Position numbers and translations under genes: made by a program. A stretch of DNA of 64,000 nt from the NCBI GenBank assembly GCA_965223845.1, contig CBDCXR010000004.1, positions 1,024,001 through 1,088,000 on the forward strand. The letters are read 5' to 3'. How positions within the stretch are numbered: the stretch's first letter is position 1; each line of letters opens with the position of its first letter. Below the pieces are notes generated by a model. The model was not told the origin of the DNA and ran no database searches. It was given only the letters and a program-made list of their open reading frames with translations. The stretch comes from Planctomycetota bacterium. GTDB lineage: Bacteria; Planctomycetota; UBA8108; SXIK01. Below are positions 11,179-21,761 of the stretch, one piece after another.

Positions 11179-11256
11179 GCCGGCGAGCGAGCTCGGCGAA
11201 CGAGCTCAGTCGTAGCGGATCGTAGAAACAGTGAGGGCCCTCAAGGGCTAAGAAAC

Positions 11257-11814
11257 GTGTCTCGAATCGGAAAGCTCCCCATCCAGATCCCCGGTGGTGT
11301 CAAAGTCGACCAGCGGAAGACGGACGCCGGGACGACCCTCCAGGTCGACGGGCCGAAGGGGAAGCTCAGCTTCCAGTTCCGGCCGGACGTGAACTTCTCC
11401 ATCGACGACGGTCAGATCCGCGTCGATCGCGTCGGGGACGCCAAGTTTCAGCGTGCCTATCACGGAACGGCGCGCGCGCTCACCGCGAACATGGTTCGCG
11501 GGGTGAGCGAAGGCTTCGAGAAGACGCTCGAGATCGAGGGCGTCGGCTACAGCGCCAAGCTCGCCGGAAAGAAGATCACGCTTCAGATCGGATTCTGCCA
11601 TCCGGTCGATCTCGAGCTTCCCGCGGGGATCGAGGCGGAGGTGCCGAATCAGACGACGATCACCGTGCGCGGGGCCGATCGGCAGGTCGTCGGCGAGTTC
11701 GCCGCGAAGATTCGAAAGATCCGTCCGCCGGAACCGTACAAGGGGAAGGGAATCCGCTATCGCGGCGAGCACATCATTCGGAAGACCGGAAAGACTTTCG
11801 GTTCGGGAGACTAA
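11257..11814 (+). CDS. rplF: 50S ribosomal protein L6
   Basis: MSRIGKLPI, GPKG, RPPEPYKGKGIRY. Confidence 0.99.
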   Translation: MSRIGKLPIQIPGGVKVDQRKTDAGTTLQVDGPKGKLSFQFRPDVNFSIDDGQIRVDRVGDAKFQRAYHGTARALTANMVRGVSEGFEKTLEIEGVGYSAKLAGKKITLQIGFCHPVDLELPAGIEAEVPNQTTITVRGADRQVVGEFAAKIRKIRPPEPYKGKGIRYRGEHIIRKTGKTFGSGD

Positions 11815-11886
11815 CGAGCGATCGGGTGAACGCGTCGGAGCGCGCCGGGTGGCGCGAGACGCGACGAGAGCTGGATCGGACCTAGC

Positions 11887-12258
11887 ATGGCTACGAAGAA
11901 CGAACTCAAGCTGAAGCGCGCGCGGCGGATCCGGCGGAAGTATGTCGTGCGGCGGCGGGTCTTCGGGAACGCCTCGAAGCCGCGGCTGACCGTCTTCCGC
12001 AGCAACAAGAATATCTCTTGCCAGTTGATCGACGACTTCAAGCGTGTGACGCTCGCATCGGCGTCGACGCTCTCGAAGGAATTGGCGGCCGGAGGCGGTG
12101 GCAACTGCAAGGCCGCGGCGGTGGTCGGGGCGAAGATCGCCGAGAAGGCGAAGTCGCTCGGGATCACCGAAGCGCAGTTCGATCGAAACGGCTACAAGTT
12201 TCACGGCCGTCTTCGCGCGCTCGTCGACGCCGCGCGCGAGGGTGGACTCAAGATCTAG
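11887..12258 (+). CDS. rplR: 50S ribosomal protein L18
   Basis: PRLTVFRSNK, FDRNGYKFHGR. Confidence 0.98.
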   Translation: MATKNELKLKRARRIRRKYVVRRRVFGNASKPRLTVFRSNKNISCQLIDDFKRVTLASASTLSKELAAGGGGNCKAAAVVGAKIAEKAKSLGITEAQFDRNGYKFHGRLRALVDAAREGGLKI

Positions 12259-12299
12259 ATCCGTGGGGGCCTTCGACGCACCGGCCCTACGGAAAGGAG

Positions 12300-13064
12300 A
12301 TGGAATTGGCAGACCAATCGACGGGAGCCCCTTCGGGGGGCGGAGCTAAGGACGCCCCGGCCGGGGGCGAGAGCCAGGCGAGTCGACCCGCTCCGAGCCG
12401 GGCCGGCGCTGCATCAGCCGGCGGTAGCGGTCCGGGCGGAGGCGGAGGCGGACGCGGACCCGGTGGGGGTCGCGGCGGACCGGGTGGCGGACGAGGTGGT
12501 CGAGGCGGACCCGGCGGCGGACGCGGACGCGGACGCGGCGGTCCGGGTGGCCGCGATGGCCGCGGCCGCGGCCGAGACCGCGATGATCCCGACGGGCCGC
12601 AGGAAGAGCAGCGCGTCGTCAAGATCAACCGCTGCGCGACGGTCGTGAAGGGCGGGCGTCGGTTCAGCTTCAGCGCCCTGGTCGTCGTCGGCGACGCCGA
12701 AGGCAGCGTCGGCTTTGGATTCGGCAAGGCGAACGAAGTTCCCCCGTCGGTCGAGAAGGCATTCAAGGATGCGCGGAAGAACAAGGTGAAGATCGCCCTC
12801 AAGGGGCATACGATTCCTCACCAGGTCGTCGGGCGCTTTCTGTCCTCGAAGGTCGTCCTCGTCCCGGCCGCCGAGGGTACCGGCGTCATCGCCGGTGCGT
12901 CGGTGCGCGCGGTCGTCGAGTGCGCCGGCGTGAAGAACGTCCTCACGAAGGTTTACGGAAGTACGAATCCGCTCAACGTCGTCAAGGCGACGATGGACGG
13001 ACTGAAGAAGCTGCGCACCGCCGAGCAGGTCTCGCGGCTGCGAGGCGTGGAGGTGGCGTCGTGA
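12300..13064 (+). CDS. rpsE: 30S ribosomal protein S5 with long Gly/Arg-rich N-terminal extension
   Basis: [31 protein letters not shown]; start ATG 12300 or TTG 12306 after an AAGGAG Shine-Dalgarno. Confidence 0.97.
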   Translation: MELADQSTGAPSGGGAKDAPAGGESQASRPAPSRAGAASAGGSGPGGGGGGRGPGGGRGGPGGGRGGRGGPGGGRGRGRGGPGGRDGRGRGRDRDDPDGPQEEQRVVKINRCATVVKGGRRFSFSALVVVGDAEGSVGFGFGKANEVPPSVEKAFKDARKNKVKIALKGHTIPHQVVGRFLSSKVVLVPAAEGTGVIAGASVRAVVECAGVKNVLTKVYGSTNPLNVVKATMDGLKKLRTAEQVSRLRGVEVAS

Positions 13065-13540
13065 ATCTGAACGACGTTCTCGCTAATTCCGGTAAGCAGC
13101 AACGGCGGAAGCGTCGTGGGCGTGGTCCCGGCTCCGGTCTCGGTAAGACGGCCGGCCGCGGTCACAAGGGCCAGCACGCCCGCTCGGGATTCAGTCGCCG
13201 TTACAACTACGACGGCGGCCAGATGACGCTCGTCCGTCGCTTACCCAAAAGAGGGTTCAACAACGCCCTCTTTCGTAGACGATATGACATCGTCAACGTC
13301 GCGGTGCTGGAGTCTGCGTTCTCGGCCGGTGAGACGGTGAAGCTCGAGACGCTCGCCGAGCGCGGGGTCCTCAATCCGGAACACGGGCGCCTCAAGATCC
13401 TCGGCGCCGGCGAGCTGACGAAACCTCTTACGGTCGTCGCGCATCGTCTGAGCGCCTCGGCGCAGAAGAAGATCGACGCAGCCGGGGGGAAGGTGGAAGC
13501 GCTGGAAACCCCGAAGCGGAAGAAGGGACGTCGAAACTGA
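13061..13540 (+). CDS. rplO: 50S ribosomal protein L15
   Basis: RGRGPGSGLGKTAGRGHKGQ, GGQM.L.RRLPKRGF; GTG overlaps the rpsE stop, no rpmD between. Confidence 0.98.
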   Translation: MNLNDVLANSGKQQRRKRRGRGPGSGLGKTAGRGHKGQHARSGFSRRYNYDGGQMTLVRRLPKRGFNNALFRRRYDIVNVAVLESAFSAGETVKLETLAERGVLNPEHGRLKILGAGELTKPLTVVAHRLSASAQKKIDAAGGKVEALETPKRKKGRRN

Positions 13541-13680
13541 CGCAGAGCCTCTCGCACACTCCCTCGGGGAGGCGCAGCCGCCGGCTGAGGAGGTGCGCCC
13601 CCAGGGCCCGAGTCGACCGCTGACTGCCGAGCTCGGCTCCTACCAAGTGTGCTCCCCGCGCGACGTCCGATAGGAATTCA

Positions 13681-15072
13681 ATGATCAAGATCGTTCGTGA
13701 CATCTGGAACATTCGGGAGCTCCGTTGGCGCCTCGCGGTCACCTTCGGGCTCTTAGCGATCTATCGATTCGGGTTTTTCATCTACCTCCCCGGCGTCGAT
13801 ATTCCAGTCTTCCTTTCGAGTCAGAGCACCGGCGACGACGACATCCTCGAGTGGCTCATGTACACCCGAGCGCTCACCGGGGGATCCCTCACGCCGTTCC
13901 TCTTCTCGCTCGGCATCATGCCGTACATTTCGGCGTCGATCATCTTCAGCCTGATGGTGAAGGTGTTCCCTCGGCTGGAGCAGTTAAGCAAAGAGGGGGA
14001 ACAGGGGCGGAGGCAGATCAACCGCTACACTCGTTACGCGACCGTACTCCTGTGTCTCATACAGGCGATCTTCCTCGTCTCGGCGTGGTCGAGTCCCGGA
14101 CGCGGCGGCGAGACGATTACGGCCGAGCCGGGTTTCTACATCGGATTCATCCAGGTTCTCTGCCTCACCGTCGGCAGTCTGTTCCTCATGTGGCTCGGTG
14201 AGAAGATCACCGAGTTCGGCATCGGGAACGGAACGTCGCTCATCATCATGGCGGGAATCGTCGCCGAGATGCCGGGCGCATTTGCGTTCCTCGTGCAGAA
14301 GGTCATCAACGCCGAGCCGGACCGCGTTCCGTTCGAGGTGGTCACCCTCCTCTCGTTTCTCGCGCTCTACATCGCGGTTGTGGCAGCGGTCGTTTTCGTG
14401 ACGAAAGGACAGCGCCGGATCCCGATCCAGCAGCAACGCTCCGTCAAGGGGCGGCGCGTCTACGGCGGGCAGCGTCAGTACCTGCCGATCAAGGTCGTCG
14501 CGGCGGGCGTGCTCCCGATCATCTTCGCGCAGTCGCTCATGGTGATCCCGACCGGCTTCATCGGTTGGCTGGCGACGAACTCGGGCGACAACTGGTTCGG
14601 CCGCTCGCTGAACGTTCTCGCGACCGCGTTTGGATTCAACGGCTTCCTCTACATCATCGCGTACACGTTACTCATCTTTTTCTTCACGTTCTTCTGGACG
14701 AGCCTGATGTTCAATCCGGCGGAGATTGCGAAGAACATGAAGGAATACGGGAGCTTTATCCCGGGAATTCGACCCGGGAAGCGCACCGCGGAGTACCTCG
14801 AACGGGTCATTCGGCGCATCACGCTCGCCGGCGCAACATTCCTTGCCGTTCTCGCGCTAGCGCCGCAATTGATCTCGCGGGCGATGGATATCGATCTCCT
14901 CGTTTCGACGTTCCTCGGTGGAACGGGAATCCTGATCGTCGTCGGCGTGGCTCTCGATCTCGACGACAAGATCGAGTCGCAGCTGCTCGTCCGACAGTAC
15001 GAGGGATTCGTCCGCGGCGGTGGAGCTACTGGAGGCGCCGGAGAGGGATCGGAGAAGAAGCCGACCATCTGA
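13681..15072 (+). CDS. secY: Preprotein translocase SecY
   Basis: LGIMPYISASII, GIGNGTSLII, FIPGIRPG, GGTGILIVVGV; multiple TM segments. Confidence 0.99.
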   Translation: MIKIVRDIWNIRELRWRLAVTFGLLAIYRFGFFIYLPGVDIPVFLSSQSTGDDDILEWLMYTRALTGGSLTPFLFSLGIMPYISASIIFSLMVKVFPRLEQLSKEGEQGRRQINRYTRYATVLLCLIQAIFLVSAWSSPGRGGETITAEPGFYIGFIQVLCLTVGSLFLMWLGEKITEFGIGNGTSLIIMAGIVAEMPGAFAFLVQKVINAEPDRVPFEVVTLLSFLALYIAVVAAVVFVTKGQRRIPIQQQRSVKGRRVYGGQRQYLPIKVVAAGVLPIIFAQSLMVIPTGFIGWLATNSGDNWFGRSLNVLATAFGFNGFLYIIAYTLLIFFFTFFWTSLMFNPAEIAKNMKEYGSFIPGIRPGKRTAEYLERVIRRITLAGATFLAVLALAPQLISRAMDIDLLVSTFLGGTGILIVVGVALDLDDKIESQLLVRQYEGFVRGGGATGGAGEGSEKKPTI

Positions 15073-15126
15073 ACCGCCACCTGACTCGGCGATCCGTTTA
15101 ACCTTTGCGCGCACGAGGGCGACGGC

Positions 15127-15918
15127 ATGACGGTGCTCAAGTCTCCCGAACAGATCGAAAAGATGCGTGCCGCCGGGGCGGTCGTCGCCGCGGCACTTCG
15201 GATGGCGCGCGACGAGTTGATCCATCCGGGGGTCTCGACCCTCGAGATCGACGAGCGCGTGCGGGATTTCGTCGTCGAACGGGGCGGGACGCTTCTCTTC
15301 TTCAACTACCGCGGGTTTCCTCGAAACACCTGCATCTCGATCAACGAAGAGGTGGTGCACGGAATCCCTCGGAAGCGGCGGAAGCTGCGCGAGGGAGACA
15401 TCGTGAGCATCGACGTCGGCGTGCGGCTCGCCGGTTGGTGCGGCGACTCTGCGTGGACGTTTCCCGTGGGCGAAGTGGCCCCCGAGACCCGGCGGCTGCT
15501 CGAAGTGGGGGAGGAGAGCCTCCGCCGGGGCATCGAGGCTTGCCGCGACGGAGGACGCGTCTCGGACATCGGACGCGCCGTCCAGAGCTACGTCGAATCA
15601 GAAAACTATTCGGTCGTGAAGAGCTTCGTCGGGCACGGCATCGGCACGAATCTGCACGAGGATCCGCAGGTGCCGAACTACGTCGAGCGCGGTGGGATCA
15701 TGCGCAAGGACCCGCCGCTCAAGGCCGGAATGGTGCTTGCGGTCGAGCCGATGGTGAACGTCGGCGGCGAAGCCGTGGAAACCCTCGACGACGGCTGGAC
15801 GGTGGTGACGAAGGACCGGAAACTCTCGGTTCACTTCGAGCATTCGATCGCCATCACCGAGGCCGGCCCGGAGATTCTGACCGCGGTCCCGAGCGGTGTC
15901 GCCCCGGAGCTCGCCTGA
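15127..15918 (+). CDS. map: Methionine aminopeptidase type I
   Basis: CISINEEVVHGIP, D..GDSA, GHGIG..LHEDP, EPM, HFEH. Confidence 0.97.
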   Translation: MTVLKSPEQIEKMRAAGAVVAAALRMARDELIHPGVSTLEIDERVRDFVVERGGTLLFFNYRGFPRNTCISINEEVVHGIPRKRRKLREGDIVSIDVGVRLAGWCGDSAWTFPVGEVAPETRRLLEVGEESLRRGIEACRDGGRVSDIGRAVQSYVESENYSVVKSFVGHGIGTNLHEDPQVPNYVERGGIMRKDPPLKAGMVLAVEPMVNVGGEAVETLDDGWTVVTKDRKLSVHFEHSIAITEAGPEILTAVPSGVAPELA

Positions 15919-16283
15919 GCCCGGTCCGCGCGACGGATCTGTCAAATCGGCAGACGAGCGGCCGGGTGCGCGCCTCGTCCTATCGTTCGGTGCCACCGAG
16001 GGTTCGCGCCGGACCCGCGCGGATTTTTTGCTGAGAAACCACTTTCCATCGCCCTAGCGGATCCGCATAATTCGGGGTTTCGTCGTCCGGCGCATGTCAG
16101 GGGGGAATCCCCGCCTCTCGCGCGGCACTGCGAGTCTCCGCGACGGAGACCGCGTGGAGTCGTGCGTTTAGGTCTCGGCCTCATCGGCCGGCTGGGAGCT
16201 GGACGAGAACGGCGGGCCGCTTCGATTGAGAGCGTCCGTCCGGTCTGCATCGAATGATTCGCTTCAGGAGGTCGCTTGGCCGA

Positions 16284-16511
16284 ATGAGTGTGCGAAGAGC
16301 CGTCCGCTCCGTCGGATTGGTGAAAGAGGTGCTTCCGGGCGAGCTTTTTCGAGTGGAGCTGCAGAGCGGTGAGTCGGTCTTGGCTCACGTCGGAAGTCAA
16401 CTGCGAACGAGCGTCGTCCGCGTCCTCCCGGGTCATCGCGTCTCCGTCGAGCTCTCACCCTACGACCTCAGCCGCGGCCGGATCGTGCGCAAAGTCGCCG
16501 TCGAGTCGTGA
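16284..16511 (+). CDS. infA: Translation initiation factor IF-1 (divergent)
   Basis: LP..LFRVEL, LAH, LPG.RV.VELSPYDLSRGRI; lies between map and rpmJ. Confidence 0.88.
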   Translation: MSVRRAVRSVGLVKEVLPGELFRVELQSGESVLAHVGSQLRTSVVRVLPGHRVSVELSPYDLSRGRIVRKVAVES

Positions 16512-16574
16512 TGGGGCCGCCGTCTTAGCGGGCGAAACGAACAGGAATTGGGGGCAGGGAAAAGAGAGTCGGTC

Positions 16575-16688
16575 ATGAAGGTCCGTTCCTCGGTCAAGAG
16601 AATGTGCGAGAACTGCAAGATCGTGCGGCGAAAGGGTGTCGTCCGCGTGATTTGCACGAACCCCCGCCACAAGCAGCGCCAAGCGTGA
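16575..16688 (+). CDS. rpmJ: 50S ribosomal protein L36 (Zn-ribbon type)
   Basis: Read directly from DNA: [37 protein letters not shown] (too short for the ORF track). Confidence 0.97.
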   Translation: MKVRSSVKRMCENCKIVRRKGVVRVICTNPRHKQRQA

Positions 16689-16819
16689 CTGAAGTTCGAG
16701 CGTGACGGCGACTGCCTCACGCGGCGGATCGATCACGCGCAGTTGACCTGGACGGCGAAGCGGCGTGATCGCCCTTCGGTTTGGCTCGGTCGACGAGAGT
16801 TTGGGATCAGGAGCATTAC

Positions 16820-17200
16820 ATGCCACGTATCGCCGGTGTCGATGTCCCCGCCGGGAAAAAAATCGGGATCTCGCTCACGTATATCTACGGCGTGGGAAGA
16901 AAGATCGCGCGCGATGTGTGCACGCAGGCCGGCATCGATCCGGAGGTGCGCACCAAGGATCTGACCGACGAAGAGATCGCCCGCATGGCGAACATCCTCG
17001 GCGAGATTCCGACCGAGGGAAATCTGAAGCGCCTCACGCGCGAGAACATCAGCCGCCTGATCAGCATCCAGTGCTACCGCGGAGTGCGCCACCGCCGCGG
17101 ATTGCCGGTGCGCGGCCAACACACGCGAACCAACGCGCGCACGCGGAAGGGGCCGAAGAAGATTGTCGCGACGAAGAAAAGTATCAAGCAGATGCGCTAG
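16820..17200 (+). CDS. rpsM: 30S ribosomal protein S13
   Basis: [41 protein letters not shown]. Confidence 0.98.
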   Translation: MPRIAGVDVPAGKKIGISLTYIYGVGRKIARDVCTQAGIDPEVRTKDLTDEEIARMANILGEIPTEGNLKRLTRENISRLISIQCYRGVRHRRGLPVRGQHTRTNARTRKGPKKIVATKKSIKQMR

Positions 17201-17278
17201 TTAGCGCGCACGCCGCGGGCTGACGAGTTCCACTCGGGGATCCGAGACGACGAACCGCCGGAAGGTCGACGAGTAGAG

Positions 17279-17650
17279 ATGGCGAAAAAGAAGATCAAGA
17301 AGAACGTGATCAAGGGCGTCGTGCACATCAGTGCGACGTTCAACAATACGATCATCACCATCTCCGACAAGAGCGGCGCGACGCTCTGTTGGGATTCCGG
17401 TGGGTCGATCGGTTTCAAGGGCAGCCGGAAGAGCACGCCGTTCGCCGCGCAGCGAGCGGCCGAGCAGTGCGCGCAGAAAGCGAAGAAAATGGGGATGAAG
17501 GAGGTCGACGTGCGTGTCCGCGGACCCGGCTCGGGCCGCGAGTCCGCGATCCGCGCGATCCAGAACGCCGGCCTCGATATCAAGATGATCGAAGACGTGA
17601 CGCCGCTCCCGCACAATGGCTGTCGGGCTCGGAAGCGCCGTCGGGTCTGA
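17279..17650 (+). CDS. rpsK: 30S ribosomal protein S11
   Basis: [39 protein letters not shown]. Confidence 0.99.
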   Translation: MAKKKIKKNVIKGVVHISATFNNTIITISDKSGATLCWDSGGSIGFKGSRKSTPFAAQRAAEQCAQKAKKMGMKEVDVRVRGPGSGRESAIRAIQNAGLDIKMIEDVTPLPHNGCRARKRRRV

Positions 17651-17848
17651 GCTGAACGGACCGACTCGCGCCGCACTCGTTGCGTCTCGCCGCCGGGGCG
17701 TACGGAGTGCCAGGCGACTCGCGCGCAATTCGAGCGGGCGACGCCGCGCGCGAGCTCCGAATCGAATCCGAAGAGTGTTTGGAGGGCTACGGTCGGCGAT
17801 CCGACGCGGGTGGCGACCGACGCGAGCTCTCTCCTGAGGAGGTAATCG

Positions 17849-18871
17849 ATGCGAATTCGTTGGCGGGATTTCGAGATCCCCAACTCTGTGGTTTGCGAGG
17901 AAGAAAGTCGCACGGCAGAGTACGGAAAGTTCCTCGTCGAACCGTTCGAGAGAGGATTCGGGACGACGGTCGGCAACAGCCTCCGCCGCATTCTCCTCTC
18001 GTCGCTTGAGGGCGCTGCGGTCGTCAATGTGAAGATCGAGGGCGTCCAGCACGAGTTTTCGACGATCCCCGGGATCTTCGAGGACGTGACGGACATCGTC
18101 CTCAATCTGAAAAACCTCCTCCTGATGATCTTCGATGGCGATTCCGTCGAGTTGAAGATCCGCTCGAACAAGAAGGGCGAAATCCGCGCCGCAGACATCG
18201 AGCACGGACCGGAGGTGAAGATCGTCAACCCGGATCTTCTCGTCGCCACCGCGACGGAGGACGTTCCCTTCAGCGTCGACATTCGGGCGACGAAGGGGCG
18301 GGGATACTCGACGGCGGATGAAAACGCCGAAGGCGATAACGAGATCGGCGTCATCTGGACGGACTCGGCGTTCTCGCCCGTCAGCCGCGTGCGGTACAAG
18401 ACGGAAGACACGCGCGTCGGACAGGTGACGAACTACGATCGCCTCATCCTCGAGATCTGGACCGACGGGACCGTTTCACCGGAGATGGCGCTTGTCGAGG
18501 CGTCGAAGATTCTCCGCAAGCACCTCAATCCGTTCGTGCAGTACCAGGATATCGGCTACGCCCTCCAGCTCGAGGACGGCCTCCTGCAGGACGAGTCGCT
18601 GCCGGAGGATTCCGACGAGCTCAGACGGAAGCTCGAGATGCCGGTGACGAATCTCGATCTCTCGGCGCGTGCACTCAACTGTCTCGAGTCTGCTGCGATC
18701 CAGTCCGTCCGCGACCTCGTCGGTCGAACGGAGAACGACCTCCTGAAGGTGCGGAACTTCGGGCGGACGACGCTCACCGAGATCCGCACGAAGCTCGGCG
18801 ACTTCGGCCTCACGCTCGGCATGAACGTCGGCGGTACCGAGGCACCGGCCGAGCCAGCCGCTCAGAGTTGA
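17849..18871 (+). CDS. rpoA: RNA polymerase alpha subunit
   Basis: EPFERGFGTTVGNSLRRILLSS, HEFSTIPG, LSARALNCL, RNFG. Confidence 0.99.
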   Translation: MRIRWRDFEIPNSVVCEEESRTAEYGKFLVEPFERGFGTTVGNSLRRILLSSLEGAAVVNVKIEGVQHEFSTIPGIFEDVTDIVLNLKNLLLMIFDGDSVELKIRSNKKGEIRAADIEHGPEVKIVNPDLLVATATEDVPFSVDIRATKGRGYSTADENAEGDNEIGVIWTDSAFSPVSRVRYKTEDTRVGQVTNYDRLILEIWTDGTVSPEMALVEASKILRKHLNPFVQYQDIGYALQLEDGLLQDESLPEDSDELRRKLEMPVTNLDLSARALNCLESAAIQSVRDLVGRTENDLLKVRNFGRTTLTEIRTKLGDFGLTLGMNVGGTEAPAEPAAQS

Positions 18872-18875
18872 AGCC

Positions 18876-19325
18876 ATGCGACACCGAGTACACGGAAAGA
18901 AGCTGGGGCGGGACACGGGGCATCGCCTCGCACTCCGCCGCAATCTCGCGCGCAGCTTGATTGCGGAGTACGGACGCCGCGGCTACATCGTCACCACGCG
19001 AGAGAAGGCGAAGTACGTCCGACCGTTCGTCGAGAAGCTGATCTCGCTCGGGCGGACGAAAACGCTTCACAACTACCGACGGGGCCTCTCGCTCCTCGGG
19101 GACGAAGATCTCGTGCACAAGCTGTTCGAGGAAGTCGGCCCCGCGTACCGCGAGCGGCCCGGCGGGTACACCCGGATTCTTCGGACGAGTCGTCGCCGGC
19201 TCGGCGACGCGGCGGTCGAGGTTCTCTTCGGCTTTGTCTCGGACGCGCCGGAGGCCGTCGCCGTCGAGACCGACGGCGAGGAACCGGCGCCCGGCGCCGC
19301 GGCGGAAGAGAAGGCGGACGACTAG
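18876..19325 (+). CDS. rplQ: 50S ribosomal protein L17
   Basis: MRHR...KLGR..HR.AL.RNL, TT..KAK, RPGGYTRI. Confidence 0.98.
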   Translation: MRHRVHGKKLGRDTGHRLALRRNLARSLIAEYGRRGYIVTTREKAKYVRPFVEKLISLGRTKTLHNYRRGLSLLGDEDLVHKLFEEVGPAYRERPGGYTRILRTSRRRLGDAAVEVLFGFVSDAPEAVAVETDGEEPAPGAAAEEKADD

Positions 19326-19351
19326 CCGCACCCGCCCGATTTGTCCGAGCG

Positions 19352-19398
19352 AAGTAGCCCTGCCGGCCGCGACGGAGCGCCGGCAGGGCTACTTTTTT
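19352..19398 (+). terminator. Intrinsic terminator after rplQ
   Basis: AAGTAGCCCTGCCGG ... CCGGCAGGGCTACTT followed by Ts. Confidence 0.85.
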
Positions 19399-19674
19399 GT
19401 CTCCGAAGCAGGAATCTCGTCGACGCGGGAGCTATTTTCGCCCGGGTCGAACGGCCGAAAGGTATAGAGAGAGTCGGCGCTCCGGACCGGGCGTCGTGAA
19501 TGAGACGCCGCGGGGACGCGTCTAATTCGCACGCCAGCGCGGATTTGGTGCGCCGGGCGGCGAGTCACCCCCCGGGCGTCCGCCCTCTCGATCGAGACGA
19601 GCGTACGAAGGAAACGGCGATCCGGTGCGTTGAGCGAGCCAGCGCGCATCGCCGCTCAGACAGGAGGTCGCGAC

Positions 19675-20739
19675 ATGCTTCGACGGACGCGAACGAACCG
19701 GAGGCGATCGTCCGGGCGATCCGAGTCTCGGCACCTCGGAAGGCAGGTTTGGAGATCTGCGATCGCATTCGCAGTGCTCGGTCTGGCCGCCGGCCTCGTC
19801 CGCGCTTCGCCGCAGGAGGCGAACACTTCAGACGAGCAATCGCCCGCTCCGCCGGCGAGCGAGGACGCGAAGAAGTCCGAGCTCCCCGCTGGCGTCCTCG
19901 CGCGACTGAACGGCCGTGACATCTCGGTCGAAGAGTACGCCGGGTATCTCGTGGCGACGATCGGACGCGCGAAGCTCGACGAGTACATCGAGAGGCTGCT
20001 CATCGAAGAGGAGGCCGATCGCGTCGGGGTTCGAATCGCGCCGGACGACGTCGAAGCGATGCTCGCCGAACGGCTCGGAAGGACCGTGCGTAGTCTCTAC
20101 CAAGGAGATCGCGAACGGTTCATCGCGGCCCTCAAGAAGCGGCGCAGCTCGCTCGACGAGTACAAGGCGCGGTGGCGGCAGAAGATCTACTACGAGATGC
20201 TCACTGACTCACTCGTCCGTCGCGATCGAAAGGTCACGCCAAATGCGATCCAAGCCGAGTTCGAGCGTGTCTACGGCGAGGGGGGAGTGCAGCACGTTCT
20301 CCGTCACATTCTCATCTCGAAGCGCCTCCGCGATGAGAACGGTCTCGTGCGCTCGGAATCCGAAGCCCGCGAGCGTGCGAACCGAGTGCGGAAGGAGCTT
20401 CAGGCGGGTCTCGAGTTCTCGCAGGCCGTGAAGCAGTACTCTGACGACGCACTCACCCGTAAGAACGATGGTCGCATCGCACACTATCAACGTGAGTATT
20501 TCGGTGAGGACTTTCACCAGCGAGTGCTTCAGCTTTCGCCCGCGCAGCGGCTGAGTGGCGTGATCGCTTCGGCGCGCGGATTTCACATCGTCGAGCTCAT
20601 CGATCGGCGCGAAACATCCCTCTCGGACGTCGAGTCCCAGCTTTCCGAGCATCTGCGCTCGAAGCCGGCGTCGGCGGAAGAGCGACAGGCGCTGCTCAAG
20701 CGCCTCCGCGGGGCGGCGAAGTTGGAAGGGCTCGAGTGA
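19675..20739 (+). CDS. Exported SurA/PrsA-like foldase with PpiC (parvulin) rotamase domain
   Basis: N-terminal hydrophobic segment; VLARLNGRDI; LRHILI, F...VKQYSDD, GFHIV; GGAGG Shine-Dalgarno before ATG 19675. Confidence 0.8.
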   Translation: MLRRTRTNRRRSSGRSESRHLGRQVWRSAIAFAVLGLAAGLVRASPQEANTSDEQSPAPPASEDAKKSELPAGVLARLNGRDISVEEYAGYLVATIGRAKLDEYIERLLIEEEADRVGVRIAPDDVEAMLAERLGRTVRSLYQGDRERFIAALKKRRSSLDEYKARWRQKIYYEMLTDSLVRRDRKVTPNAIQAEFERVYGEGGVQHVLRHILISKRLRDENGLVRSESEARERANRVRKELQAGLEFSQAVKQYSDDALTRKNDGRIAHYQREYFGEDFHQRVLQLSPAQRLSGVIASARGFHIVELIDRRETSLSDVESQLSEHLRSKPASAEERQALLKRLRGAAKLEGLE

Positions 20740-21761
20740 GCAGAGAGTGTCGACGTCGAGTCCGGCGACTCTCTCTATGCGTCTCCGTTGCGTTCGCCGT
20801 TCTCCCGGGCTGCGAGCACCTGCCGCCGGCGACTCCCGTGCCGCTCCCGCGACCGGCCGATCCCGCCATCGTCGAACCTCTTCGACCGGCACACCCAGCG
20901 TTCGGCCTCGAGTTCGAGCGAATCGGAGAGGGACGCCGCTACGAGCAGTTCCGATGGACGGCCCAGACGTACTCGGAGGGCGCGCAGAGCTTCAAGACCC
21001 TCGAGGGTGAGTACTTTCGTGTGAAGATCCCTCTCGGAGGAGTGCGCGGGCCGGTGACGCCCGCGCCTCTCATCATCGTTGCTCCGATTCTCGGCGGTGA
21101 GGAAACGGAGTATCTGGCCTGCCGGATCTTCAGCCGCTACGCCTGCGAGCGCGGATTCTCCGCGTTCTTTCTCTACCAGGGGCGATCGATCCTCTCCTCG
21201 TCGCGCGACGGGATCGGGCTCGAGGCGCTCCTTCGCGAGGGGAATCGAGACGCGATGAAGGCGCTCGATCTCTTCGCCGCGCTCCCCGAGGTGGACGACG
21301 AACGGCTCGGAAGTCTCGGGATCAGCCTCGGTGCGATTCGAAACGTTCTCCTCATCGCGACGGATCCGCGGTTGCGCGCGAATCTTCTTTGCATCGGCGG
21401 CGCAGATCTCCCCGAGATTCTGCGGACCTCGAATGAGCCCGGTGTGCTCGGTTACTTCCGCCGCCGGCGCCGGCGCGAAGGGATTTCGCGTGAGCGCGCG
21501 TGCGTAGAGATCGAGCGTGCCCTTCAGTCGGATCCTGCACGCGTCGCCGAATCGATCGATCCCCGTCGGGTGACGATGATCCTAGCGCGCTTCGACGACA
21601 AGGTCCCGATCGCGAACGGACGTCTACTCTGGGAGATGCTCGGACGACCCGAGACGTACGTCCTTCCCGCGGGGCACTACACCGCGCTCCTTCTGTCGCC
21701 GTTCGCCGCGCGGGTCGGATTCGACGCGCTCGTCGAGAAGGTCAGTCGAGAGAACTCATGA
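20736..21761 (+). CDS. Predicted lipoprotein alpha/beta hydrolase
   Basis: Lipobox-like LPGC; GISLG nucleophile elbow, DKVP Asp, GHY His; start overlaps the upstream stop. Confidence 0.75.
   Translation: MSRECRRRVRRLSLCVSVAFAVLPGCEHLPPATPVPLPRPADPAIVEPLRPAHPAFGLEFERIGEGRRYEQFRWTAQTYSEGAQSFKTLEGEYFRVKIPLGGVRGPVTPAPLIIVAPILGGEETEYLACRIFSRYACERGFSAFFLYQGRSILSSSRDGIGLEALLREGNRDAMKALDLFAALPEVDDERLGSLGISLGAIRNVLLIATDPRLRANLLCIGGADLPEILRTSNEPGVLGYFRRRRRREGISRERACVEIERALQSDPARVAESIDPRRVTMILARFDDKVPIANGRLLWEMLGRPETYVLPAGHYTALLLSPFAARVGFDALVEKVSRENS

Noticed and set aside
12420-12580. GGC-rich tandem repeats suggesting CRISPR or VNTR
   Set aside because: They are imperfect coding repeats of the S5 Gly/Arg tail, with no spacers
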